Of a stretch of DNA of 41,421 nucleotides, positions 31,735-39,211 are shown one piece after another (position 1 is the stretch's first letter; each line of letters opens with the position of its first letter). Below the pieces are notes generated by a model that was not told the DNA's origin, searched no databases, and saw only the letters and a program-made list of their open reading frames with translations. The DNA is from a virus. The stretch is taken from IMG/VR virus record IMGVR_UViG_3300043932_000066. One strand, written 5' to 3'. The position numbers and the translations under genes are program-made.

Positions 31735-33179
31735 GCCATCACCTCCTGTTTCCGTCCCGGTACTCGGTTCGTTGTCTTCGCGGCCCACAAGGCGCAGGAG
31801 ACGGCCTCGATCGGGGTCTCGTCCCCGTCCTCCGTCGTCGACTCCCAGCCCCACGCGCCAGACGTGCCACGCTTCCGCTGGTCGCACACCGCCACCGAAC
31901 TTTCGAGAGCATCCTCCATCGGATCCTCCACGCGCGGGTGAGTCACCGACCCGTCACGCACAGACTCCAGCAGCATCGCGCACGCGGTCGTGTACTCCGC
32001 CGTCGTCATCACGTGCACCTGCTTCCGGTTGCGCACGCCACGATCACGCAGAGCATCCGCCAGCACAGTCGCGCCAGCGTTCCCACACAGCACGATCATC
32101 GCCGCGCTGGCCCGCCTATCAGCCAGCCAATCCGCCACGGCCTTCACGCCAGCCTCAGTGTTACCCGTCAGCGTGCCCACAACCTCCACATGCACGCCAT
32201 CCGCGGTCTTCATCGCAGCCGCCACCGCCTGCCGTGATCCGTCCTGACTGAACGTCACCGCGAACGACCGGATGCCATCCTCCGGGCCCTCGTCCACCGC
32301 GCACGCGTCCCACAAGTCCGCCGGGATGCCGCGGCGCGCGCCCGCCTGATCCCAGATTCCCAGGGCCTCACGCTTGAACCCCTCGTCGTCCAACTGCTCA
32401 CGCAACCGGAAGATAGCGTCCTCGTCCGTACGCCCAGGGAAGGAAGGATTTGCCTTCGCCCACTGCGACTGGTCGTCAAGGTCAGCGTCATCATCCGCTG
32501 AGAACTCCACATACAGCATGTTGGAACCACGCCCATTGAGCGCCTTCGCCCGACGATCCTTGAAGACTTCCCCCTGGTCCTCTGGCCGAGGAGGCGTCCC
32601 CATCATGAACGTCAACGCGTTCTTCACCGTGTTCATGGTCGGCACCATGTCGTGCAGGGTGTTCTCTCGAAGATGCTGGGCCTCATCGAACACGACAACG
32701 CCGACCCCCGGCTCCCCTCGGCCCTGCTGCTTGTCTCGGGACCCAACCTTGATTCGCGATCCATTCCGGAAACGAATGGTCTGATTTCCGTTCCCCAAAT
32801 ACGCCTTGTCAACGAACGGAGCGACCTTGGGGAGTTCAGTCAAGGAGACCATCGACATGTACGTCTCATCCGACGTCGACAGTCTCTGGGCAGTCCATAG
32901 AACCTTGAGGCCCGGCTGACGAAGGCACATCGCGAAGATAATCATTGCCACCAGGAACGTCTTGCCCGACTGCCGAGGTATCGACAGCACCGCGCCACCC
33001 CGGGTGATCGCGTACGAACCGTTCGCCCGTTTCCCGAAGATCACGTAACCGAGCTGATCCTGCCAGTCGTCGAACTCGACACCCATCTCCACGCATTGCG
33101 CCCTGATCGCCGGCCAGCCCGTCGACTCGATCCCGGAAGGCAGGCATACATACCTGGCTGCGTCAGATAGCCGTCGCAT
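31731..33179 (-). CDS. terL: Terminase large subunit
   Basis: Walker A SIPRQSGKTFLV and Walker B GVVVFDEAQHL. Start ATG at 33179 follows GAGGAG. C-terminal nuclease-size domain. Confidence 0.9.
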   Translation of the reverse strand: MRRLSDAARYVCLPSGIESTGWPAIRAQCVEMGVEFDDWQDQLGYVIFGKRANGSYAITRGGAVLSIPRQSGKTFLVAMIIFAMCLRQPGLKVLWTAQRLSTSDETYMSMVSLTELPKVAPFVDKAYLGNGNQTIRFRNGSRIKVGSRDKQQGRGEPGVGVVVFDEAQHLRENTLHDMVPTMNTVKNALTFMMGTPPRPEDQGEVFKDRRAKALNGRGSNMLYVEFSADDDADLDDQSQWAKANPSFPGRTDEDAIFRLREQLDDEGFKREALGIWDQAGARRGIPADLWDACAVDEGPEDGIRSFAVTFSQDGSRQAVAAAMKTADGVHVEVVGTLTGNTEAGVKAVADWLADRRASAAMIVLCGNAGATVLADALRDRGVRNRKQVHVMTTAEYTTACAMLLESVRDGSVTHPRVEDPMEDALESSVAVCDQRKRGTSGAWGWESTTEDGDETPIEAVSCALWAAKTTNRVPGRKQEVMA

Positions 33180-33453
33180 CGAACTCCTCGTCCGCGACGA
33201 CAGTAAGCTCCTTCCGGCCCCGCTCGCTCTTCCTATCGAACTCACGAACCAGACCGTCAAGTCGCTCCACGTCATCCGCGAGCCGCCCCAATGCATGAGG
33301 AGGAACTCCCGAATCGATCGCCTCGGCAACCGTGTCCCGGAGCTTCACAAGAAGGTCGCGGCGGCCAAGTTCAGCCGCCTCAACAAGAGTGGCGGGGGGC
33401 TCGTGACCATGACCGTCCAGAGCGTCCGGGACTGCTTGAATCTTGCGGGGCAT
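33163..33453 (-). CDS. Putative terminase small subunit
   Basis: 96 aa with a strong RBS (AAGGAGGtcatgtc then ATG). Overlaps the TerL start by 17 nt. Assigned by position only. Confidence 0.55.
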   Translation of the reverse strand: MPRKIQAVPDALDGHGHEPPATLVEAAELGRRDLLVKLRDTVAEAIDSGVPPHALGRLADDVERLDGLVREFDRKSERGRKELTVVADEEFDATAI

Positions 33454-33618
33454 GACATGACCTCCTTATTACCATTGTTTGGCGAAGTGCTTTTTTTGAG
33501 TGCGGGGAGAGATTTCGCAGTGCCTCCGGGTGCGGCCGTGGGCCGGGGGGAGGGGGTCACCCCCTTGTTGGTAAAGGATTGGTCAAGCGTTTGCCACTGT
33601 CTCACATGTTGAGACGTC

Positions 33619-33963
33619 TCACCATTCGATCAACGTTGTCGTTGACTTGAATGGTCTGACGACGCGATGCTGACGCTTGTCGCTGAGCGAGCTGTTGCAG
33701 TGCTGGCACATGACGTTTGGTTGACCGTCAACTGTGCGCAGATTGTCCATGTCGTCAGCCTCAGCGAGTCGACCAAGGCGACGCATCGTCGCGTAGGGAA
33801 CGCGATGGTCGACCGTCACGCGCCACGGTGAGCGTGATCCTCGGGTGTAGTCCATGGGGTGCCCGCAGCGTGGGCACCGGGTGATGCCCAGGGCCTGAGC
33901 CTCGGCTTTGATGCGGGCCGCGTTGCGAAGGTACTTCGTTGTGCCTGTCCTGCTGGTGGACAT
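33619..33963 (-). CDS. HNH endonuclease (terminase-associated)
   Basis: CPRCGHPMD...VDHRVPY...DNLRTV...CQHCNSSLSDK. Located just upstream of terS/terL. Confidence 0.85.
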   Translation of the reverse strand: MSTSRTGTTKYLRNAARIKAEAQALGITRCPRCGHPMDYTRGSRSPWRVTVDHRVPYATMRRLGRLAEADDMDNLRTVDGQPNVMCQHCNSSLSDKRQHRVVRPFKSTTTLIEW

Positions 33964-34081
33964 GGGGGCGCCTCCCGATCGGTGCCGGGCATGCCCCGGG
34001 TGTTCGCGACAGGGCCCCCGGATTCTGGAAGATCTAGCCCATCACCTGCCCCTGGGACTCGATGGTCCCGGGGGCTTGGTG

Positions 34082-34167
34082 TGGCGGAAGACGGAGGATT
34101 CGAACCCCTGCCCGTGTGGGCCGCGCGGTTTTCGAGGCCGTTCCCTCGCCTTGAGGGTTCGTCTTCC
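34082..34167 (-). tRNA. Class-II tRNA-like gene, anticodon CGA (Ser) if folded conventionally; imperfect stems
   Basis: 86 nt. Perfect 7-bp acceptor (GGAAGAC/GTCTTCC), G73, encoded CCA, GGTTCGAATCC T-loop, D-loop GG, 4-bp variable arm. The anticodon stem has only 3 Watson-Crick pairs (two A-C mismatches). Confidence 0.55.
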
Positions 34168-34206
34168 AGGCCCCGGCTTGCCGTGCGGGGTGGACGGTGA
34201 TGCGTG

Positions 34207-34446
34207 TCAGTCGAATGCATGCTTGCGTGCTCGGCGCAGGTATTCGATGAGCTGGTCGAGTTTGCCGGGGTCGATGACTTGCCACATGGCGTTGAGGTGC
34301 TCTTCGTGGCGGGGGCCGACGGTTCCGTCGGCGTCGACGTGTTCGGCTTGGACGGTCTCGTCGATGGTGATGGTGACGAGTTGACCGTGCTGTGCCCAGG
34401 CGACTTCGATGCCGTCGCCGTTGGTCTTGATCTTGTCCTTGGGCAT
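34207..34446 (-). CDS. Hypothetical protein (79 aa)
   Basis: ACGGAGGGCGTG precedes the ATG. Reads MPKDKIKTNGDGIEVAWAQHGQLVTITIDETVQAEHVDADG.... Confidence 0.65.
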   Translation of the reverse strand: MPKDKIKTNGDGIEVAWAQHGQLVTITIDETVQAEHVDADGTVGPRHEEHLNAMWQVIDPGKLDQLIEYLRRARKHAFD

Positions 34447-34550
34447 CACGCCCTCCGTTCTGCCCCATCTCGGGGCGGTTGGTGGTTCGTTTCCCTCCGG
34501 GGACTGGCGTTGTGGGGATAGCGTCAGAGTGACTAGGGGGGGGTGATCGA

Positions 34551-34709
34551 ATGAGCTATTACCACTCGACGAATCCGTCGGACCCGGACGTGTATCACTG
34601 GCACGAAAACTGTCCGACGGGGCAGCAGATCCCGGCTCGGAACCGGGAGTCCGGTAAGGGTGTTGGGAACCGTCCTTGCGAGCATTGCAAGGCGATGGGC
34701 GGTTCCTGA
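34551..34709 (+). CDS. Small zinc-ribbon-like protein (52 aa), plus-strand island
   Basis: G-rich RBS, then ATG. Reads MSYYHSTNPSDPDVYHWHENCPTGQQIPARNRESGKGVGNRPCEHCKAMGGS. Followed by its own terminator. Confidence 0.6.
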   Translation: MSYYHSTNPSDPDVYHWHENCPTGQQIPARNRESGKGVGNRPCEHCKAMGGS

Positions 34710-34716
34710 TGTGAGT

Positions 34717-34747
34717 GACCCCCGGAGCCTGTGTGGTTCCGGGGGTC
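34717..34747 (+). terminator. Terminator hairpin after the small plus-strand gene
   Basis: Perfect 10-bp stem gacccccgga/tccgggggtc with an 11-nt loop, followed by tcttc. Confidence 0.6.
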
Positions 34748-34849
34748 TCTTCACGTGGCGAGAGCCGGGTGCCTCGACGTTGGCGACCCGGCTCTGTGGT
34801 GGGGACACTTCATCCCCAGCGCGATACTACAGCAGTGTGGTTCTGCTTG

Positions 34850-35668
34850 TCATGCGGCGTTCGGCGTGTCTCCTTTCCGCTTCTGGCCGTAGGCGAGGCG
34901 CTCGATGATCCACTGGTTGGCGAGGGCGAGCAGGTAGGTTGCGGGCTTGCCGGGGCGTTTGATGAGGTGCCCGCGTTGGGCCCAGACTTCCAGGGTCTTG
35001 CGTTCGACGCCCGTGATGGGGCTGTCGTCGGGCTCGTGCCAGATGTCGACGAGGCGGTCCATGGTGGCGGTGCCGGGCGCGTCGGGTCTGCGCATCTCCT
35101 GCTGCCAGTGCTGGTGTGCCTGGCGGGCGATGTCGTCCTGGTCGGCGTACCACTGGCCGCACTGCTCGCATTCACCGTGCTCGGGGATGCCGTCGCGTGT
35201 GGGCGTGGTGAGGATGCGGGCGTGGTCCCAGGGGCAGGTGCCGATTTGGGCGTCTGTGTGTCCGGTGATCCGTCCGATGACTTGGTGGGCTTGGTGGATG
35301 GTTTCGCACAGGGCGTCCCAGTCGTCGTGCTGCTGGGCGTACTCGAGCACGCCGGCCTGCTGGAGGTAGGCGAGGGCGCTTCGGGGTTGGGGGTCGTGCT
35401 TGCTGTCGGCGATCTGGCGGGCCCAGCTCATGAGCACCTCGTCGAGGCCGCGCGGGGTGCGGATCCCGGACGCGCCCTCGTCTGTGCGGTCGAGGATGCT
35501 GTCGAGGCGGAATGGGAGCGCGTCTGATGCTCCTCCGCCGCCGGGCGTGAACCTCGGTGAGGACACGCCGAGGACGGTTGCGGCCGCGTCGGACAGGAGC
35601 GGCCGCCAGGCTGCGAGGTCCTGGAGTTCTCGGCGCACGGTCTGGATGTCAGTGGTCGGCATACGCAT
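34850..35668 (-). CDS. Hypothetical protein (~270 aa) with CxxC pair and possible C-terminal HTH
   Basis: Protein-like throughout. HGECEQCGQWYADQDD. The better RBS (GAGGAGG) favours the ATG at 35662. Confidence 0.7.
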   Translation of the reverse strand: MRMPTTDIQTVRRELQDLAAWRPLLSDAAATVLGVSSPRFTPGGGGASDALPFRLDSILDRTDEGASGIRTPRGLDEVLMSWARQIADSKHDPQPRSALAYLQQAGVLEYAQQHDDWDALCETIHQAHQVIGRITGHTDAQIGTCPWDHARILTTPTRDGIPEHGECEQCGQWYADQDDIARQAHQHWQQEMRRPDAPGTATMDRLVDIWHEPDDSPITGVERKTLEVWAQRGHLIKRPGKPATYLLALANQWIIERLAYGQKRKGDTPNAA

Positions 35669-35906
35669 CCTCCTCGCGGACGTGTCGGATGATGGCGGTG
35701 ATTGACCAGCCGGTGAGGGCTTCGGTGAGCCATTTGTTGAGGGCGTTGGCGGTGGCCCAGATTCCGGCGAGGTAGAGCACGGCGAAGAGTGCGACCGCCC
35801 ACCATGTGCCGACGATGGCGTAGACGCCGGCGGCGATGAGGAACAGGGCGGTGCTGGTCGAGTAGGCGGCGACGCGCATGGCGTTCCCGGCGTTGCGGCG
35901 GTTCAC
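35649..35906 (-). CDS. Membrane protein (85 aa, 2 TM)
   Basis: AGGAGGacacgaa then GTG (GTGA overlap). TALFLIAAGVYAIVGTWWAVALFAVLYLAGIW. Confidence 0.6.
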   Translation of the reverse strand: MNRRNAGNAMRVAAYSTSTALFLIAAGVYAIVGTWWAVALFAVLYLAGIWATANALNKWLTEALTGWSITAIIRHVREEDAYADH

Positions 35907-36310
35907 TTCGTGTCCTCCTGCCAGTCGGTGACGAGGCGGGTCCACCCTTCGGGTGCAAACATCGACCGCCGCGCGCCGTGCACGTCCTCCTCGTGGAGTC
36001 CAAGCCCCTGGACGACGCGGCGGGCGGACTCTCGTGCGATCCGCTGCTCCCAGTCACTCGACGGCACACCGTCGAAGGTGCAGAGGTCGAGGACGCGCGG
36101 CCTGCCCCACGCGCCGGGGTCGATGAGTCGTGCGACCTGCTCGATAATCTGGCCCTCACTCATCGCTGGGCGCAGCTCGGCAATCACGCGGTCGGCAAAC
36201 GTCAGCGATTCCGCTCGAATGTCCTGGTCTGCGGATGGCTCCCCCGAGTCCTCGAATTCCCACATGCCCTCTGCGATGATCTTCGCGATCCGCTCTCTCA
36301 GCTCACTCAT
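35903..36310 (-). CDS. Hypothetical protein (135 aa)
   Basis: MSELRERIAKIIAEGMWEFEDSGEPSADQDIRAESLTFADRVIAEL.... Normal composition. Confidence 0.7.
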   Translation of the reverse strand: MSELRERIAKIIAEGMWEFEDSGEPSADQDIRAESLTFADRVIAELRPAMSEGQIIEQVARLIDPGAWGRPRVLDLCTFDGVPSSDWEQRIARESARRVVQGLGLHEEDVHGARRSMFAPEGWTRLVTDWQEDTK

Positions 36311-36500
36311 GGCTGCTCTCTTTCACAGACGTAGCGGGACGCCAGTGGTGAACCGCTCCGCATTCACAACGCTTCCCACTCCCGGCCAGAGACCACACAT
36401 ATGCCTCCGTCACTACGTCGCAAAACGGGCAACGAATCCCCACCCGCGACCGTCCTGTCTCGCTCACCCGGTACGCGACCTCGTACAACCGCTCACTCAT
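36303..36500 (-). CDS. Zinc-ribbon protein (65 aa)
   Basis: GAAGGAGGccgcg then ATG. Reads MSERLYEVAYRVSETGRSRVGIRCPFCDVVTEAYVWSLAGSGKRCECGAVHHW. Confidence 0.65.
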   Translation of the reverse strand: MSERLYEVAYRVSETGRSRVGIRCPFCDVVTEAYVWSLAGSGKRCECGAVHHWRPATSVKESSHE

Positions 36501-36717
36501 CGCGGCCTCCTTCGCGGATGATGCGGGCGTAGATCGTGGCGAAGTCGCGGGATGCGTCGCCCGCGTAGTTCTGCGCTTCCGCCTCGATCTCCTGCGCGCA
36601 CTGCTCGCGGACCTCCCGATCGTGGGCGGCAAGCCACAAGTCCCAGAACCCCCGCGCCTCGTCCCGTGCATACGCTTGTCCGGTCACCATGGCTCCCGAG
36701 ACGAACAGCTCTTTCAC
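36493..36717 (-). CDS. Hypothetical protein (up to 74 aa; start uncertain)
   Basis: About 82% GC3 in this frame by my count. Reads ...GQAYARDEARGFWDLWLAAHDREVREQCAQEIEAEAQNYAGD.... The whole gene is overlapped out of frame by ORF 36497..37009. Confidence 0.55.
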   Translation of the reverse strand: MKELFVSGAMVTGQAYARDEARGFWDLWLAAHDREVREQCAQEIEAEAQNYAGDASRDFATIYARIIREGGRDE

Positions 36718-37009
36718 GTCGTCTTCGGCCAGTCAGGTGGTTGGTGAGGGCGGTGATGGCGTCACGGGCGATGCGGCGCCAGTGCTCTTGGGTGGGGTCG
36801 TCTGCGTGCCTGTCCCACTTGAGCCGGTTTCCGCGTCCCTCGAACATGGCGATCGCGAAGGCTTCCACGGTCTCAGGGTCGGGGTCAGTGAGCTGGTCGA
36901 GAAGCCACTGGACGCCGTCGACGAATGCCACGTCAGGAGCCCACGGGCCTCCGCTGTCACCGGTGAGGGTGAGGTCGGCCTCGGCGCGCGCCTGGTCGAT
37001 GATGCTCAT
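36497..37009 (-). CDS. Hypothetical protein; the frame runs on about 220 nt across the next gene (possible indel or frameshift)
   Basis: MSIIDQARAEADLTLTGDSGGPWAPDVAFVDGVQWLLDQL... is protein-like to about 36720. Beyond that it is Arg-rich with low GC3 (about 45%) until the first in-frame stop at 36497. Confidence 0.55.
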   Translation of the reverse strand: MSIIDQARAEADLTLTGDSGGPWAPDVAFVDGVQWLLDQLTDPDPETVEAFAIAMFEGRGNRLKWDRHADDPTQEHWRRIARDAITALTNHLTGRRRRERAVRLGSHGDRTSVCTGRGAGVLGLVACRPRSGGPRAVRAGDRGGSAELRGRRIPRLRHDLRPHHPRRRPR

Positions 37010-37227
37010 CGCGCACCGTCCTCCGAGTCTTCTGCCATTACGGGCAGGATCCAGTAGGCGTTCCACCAAACCTGATGGTCTTCGTCTTCTTCGTCAGCGG
37101 TGCGGACGAATCCGTGATGTGGGCCGGTCATTGATTGGATGGCCGATTCTCGTGTGGCGTGTAGGTCGCCGTCCCAGTCGATAGCGTGCGTTTCCCTATC
37201 GACGATGACGTATCCGATGATGCTCAT
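37006..37227 (-). CDS. Hypothetical protein (73 aa)
   Basis: MSIIGYVIVDRETHAIDWDGDLHATRESAIQSM...SEDGAR. Bounded by the junction cassette at both ends. Confidence 0.65.
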   Translation of the reverse strand: MSIIGYVIVDRETHAIDWDGDLHATRESAIQSMTGPHHGFVRTADEEDEDHQVWWNAYWILPVMAEDSEDGAR

Positions 37228-37409
37228 CGCGCACCGGCCTCCCAGCCGCATTCGTGGCAGGTCACAGGGAGCGCGTAGCTGGTGACGTGGCGCGTGTCAG
37301 CGTCAAGCGTCATGGCGTCGGACTCCCACCACTCGGACCCGCACCTCGGGCACGCGAGATTGGTGGACTTGTTGTCGAGGCCGGGGAACGTGATGACGTT
37401 GTCACTCAT
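37224..37409 (-). CDS. Zinc-ribbon protein (61 aa)
   Basis: MSDNVITFPGLDNKSTNLACPRCGSEWWES...VTCHECGWEAGAR. Confidence 0.65.
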   Translation of the reverse strand: MSDNVITFPGLDNKSTNLACPRCGSEWWESDAMTLDADTRHVTSYALPVTCHECGWEAGAR

Positions 37410-37657
37410 CGCGCACCGTCCTTGCAGGCTTCGTGTGTGAAGTCCGGTTCCCACGACCTGGCCTCCGCTTCGACGGATGCGGCAACTGCCGAGTGCGCCT
37501 CATATCCGGACATGTTGGGCGTGATGGCTGGGTGATACGGGTTGACCGTTTGCTCGAACGTTCGCTGCCTCTGGACGCGCTTGCCGCAGATCGGGCACTT
37601 GCCCGATCGCTTCGCGTACCGACGAATGGGATGGAACCGAGTCGTGTATGTGCTCAT
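37406..37657 (-). CDS. Hypothetical protein (83 aa) with CPIC motif
   Basis: MSTYTTRFHPIRRYAKRSGKCPICGKRVQRQRTFEQTVNPYHP...CKDGAR. Confidence 0.65.
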   Translation of the reverse strand: MSTYTTRFHPIRRYAKRSGKCPICGKRVQRQRTFEQTVNPYHPAITPNMSGYEAHSAVAASVEAEARSWEPDFTHEACKDGAR

Positions 37658-37842
37658 CGCGCACCGTCCTCTTCCATGATCATGCGCAGGAGTTGCGCGC
37701 TATACGGATTGGCGGGCCTTTCAAATAGGCCGGTCTCCTCGGCCTCTTTCATGGCCCGTGCCATTGCAGCCGCGCCTTCCCGCCATGCCGCACTGGCCAG
37801 TGCAAGCCCTTCGCGCGTCTCGATCGGATCGTCCACGCTCAT
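37654..37842 (-). CDS. Hypothetical protein (62 aa)
   Basis: MSVDDPIETREGLALASAAWREGAAAMARAMKEAEETGLFERPANPYSAQLLRMIMEEDGAR. Confidence 0.65.
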   Translation of the reverse strand: MSVDDPIETREGLALASAAWREGAAAMARAMKEAEETGLFERPANPYSAQLLRMIMEEDGAR

Positions 37843-38594
37843 CGCGCACCGTCCTCGTGGTCGCCGAGCCAGGTGAGCAGCGCCTCGATAGAAGCATCCG
37901 ATGCGATCTGACCGCACCAATTGGGTGCTCTCAGCCCCTCGATCAGCTTGGTGGGCACGGCGGTGAGCGGGACAGCCTCATCGAGGCGGTCGTCCCCCAA
38001 ATTCTTGAAGATCAAAAAGTTGGTGCCGGCACCCTGAAACCCGTTGTCGCGCAGGACCGCGACACCCTCCACCGGGTAGCCCGCGTCGACTCCGCGCACC
38101 CAGTACAGTCCCGGCTCGGTCGGCCACTCAACAGGCGCAGGCTCAGGCTCCTCGGCGGGCGCGGGCGTCAACCACTCCGGGGCAACATACTGTCTTTTGA
38201 GCAGGCCAGCACTGTCGCGGGCCTCGACTTTCAGGTCGCCGTCTTCGTCCGGGCCATCCGTGATCTCGCCGGTCGTCTCGCAACCGAAGTACACGTCATC
38301 GCCGCACACGGTCTTCGCGTCACGACTCACGACAACCCGATCGCCCATACGGAACTCGCGTGCGGCGTTCTGCGGGGCGTCAACTGTGTCACCCTCCCGA
38401 GTGGGCGGGTCCGGGGCGAAAGTGTCTCCACGGGCCTGCTGGGTGCCTTCCCGGGGGTTCAGGGGCTGCCCGTAGTCGTGCGGGTCGTGGCAAATGGGGG
38501 AAGTGTCGATGCTGCGAAGCATCTCGCTGATATCGCGGAGGATCCGGACGGCTGCGGCGACCTCCCCGACAATCGTGGTGTCAGTGTCGGTCAT
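37839..38594 (-). CDS. Hypothetical protein (251 aa)
   Basis: CAAGGAGAACACC precedes the ATG. Reads MTDTDTTIVGEVAAAVRILRDISEMLRSID.... Ends with HEDGAR within the junction cassette. Confidence 0.75.
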   Translation of the reverse strand: MTDTDTTIVGEVAAAVRILRDISEMLRSIDTSPICHDPHDYGQPLNPREGTQQARGDTFAPDPPTREGDTVDAPQNAAREFRMGDRVVVSRDAKTVCGDDVYFGCETTGEITDGPDEDGDLKVEARDSAGLLKRQYVAPEWLTPAPAEEPEPAPVEWPTEPGLYWVRGVDAGYPVEGVAVLRDNGFQGAGTNFLIFKNLGDDRLDEAVPLTAVPTKLIEGLRAPNWCGQIASDASIEALLTWLGDHEDGAR

Positions 38595-38665
38595 GGTGTT
38601 CTCCTTGCATGGTCAGAGCCGCCTCCAGACGGGGACGGCTCGTTGGTATTTCTGTTGGTCATGGC

Positions 38666-39211
38666 CTAAAAGGGCGGATTCGGGTTCTGCGGCTGCGGGA
38701 ATCCCTGGTCCGCGCCCCACCCCGCCTGCTGCGGCTGCGGAGCCTGCTGGTAGGCCTGCTGCTGGGCGGCGCGGAACTGCTCCTGCGACACCTGCTGGGC
38801 GGGAGGCTGCTGACCTTGCGCGCCCCACGGATCCTGCTGAGACTGCGGCGCGTAGGCAGGCTGAGACTGCTGCTGGGCTCGCGGGATGACGCCGAGGAAC
38901 CGGGCGCCAGTCAGCTCCAGGGACTCGCCCACCCCGCCGTCCTGCCGCTGGTAGGTGCGCCGCGACAACGTGCCCTCCACGGTGACCTTCGAGCCCTTGC
39001 GCAGCTGCTCGGCAAGGCGCTCGGCCTCTTGCTCCCAGAACGTTGCGCGAACCCACAGGTCCTCGCCCACGTTCTCCCACTCGTTCGTCTGCTTGTTGAG
39101 TCGGCGCGGCGTGCATCCGATGCTCAGCCCAAGGATCGCCTTGCCCTGCTGGGACCAGCGCAGTTCCGGGTCCTGACCGAGGTTGCCGGTCACGGTGATG
39201 TGAGCGCTCAT
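38666..39211 (-). CDS. ssb: Single-stranded DNA-binding protein
   Basis: OB-fold N-terminus (MSAHITVTGNLGQDPELRWSQQGKAILGLSIG...TFWEQEAERLAEQLRKGSKVTVEG). Gln/Pro-rich tail ending in PPF. Confidence 0.9.
   Translation of the reverse strand: MSAHITVTGNLGQDPELRWSQQGKAILGLSIGCTPRRLNKQTNEWENVGEDLWVRATFWEQEAERLAEQLRKGSKVTVEGTLSRRTYQRQDGGVGESLELTGARFLGVIPRAQQQSQPAYAPQSQQDPWGAQGQQPPAQQVSQEQFRAAQQQAYQQAPQPQQAGWGADQGFPQPQNPNPPF

Larger units (their letters stand above)
37000..37857 (-). repeat. Five dispersed copies of a conserved stop/start junction cassette (minus strand GAGGACGGTGCGCGATGAGC)
   Basis: Plus-strand CTCATCGCGCACCG(T/G)CCT at 37005, 37223, 37405, 37653 and 37838. A degenerate sixth copy lies at 36496. 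Each encodes ...(E/A)(D/G)GAR-stop overlapped with ATG-AG(C/T). Confidence 0.9.

Noticed and set aside
38666-38900. Gln/Pro-rich low-complexity stretch, considered as a repeat element
   Set aside because: It is the usual disordered C-terminal tail of SSB ending in the PPF tip. It is in frame with the OB-fold domain.
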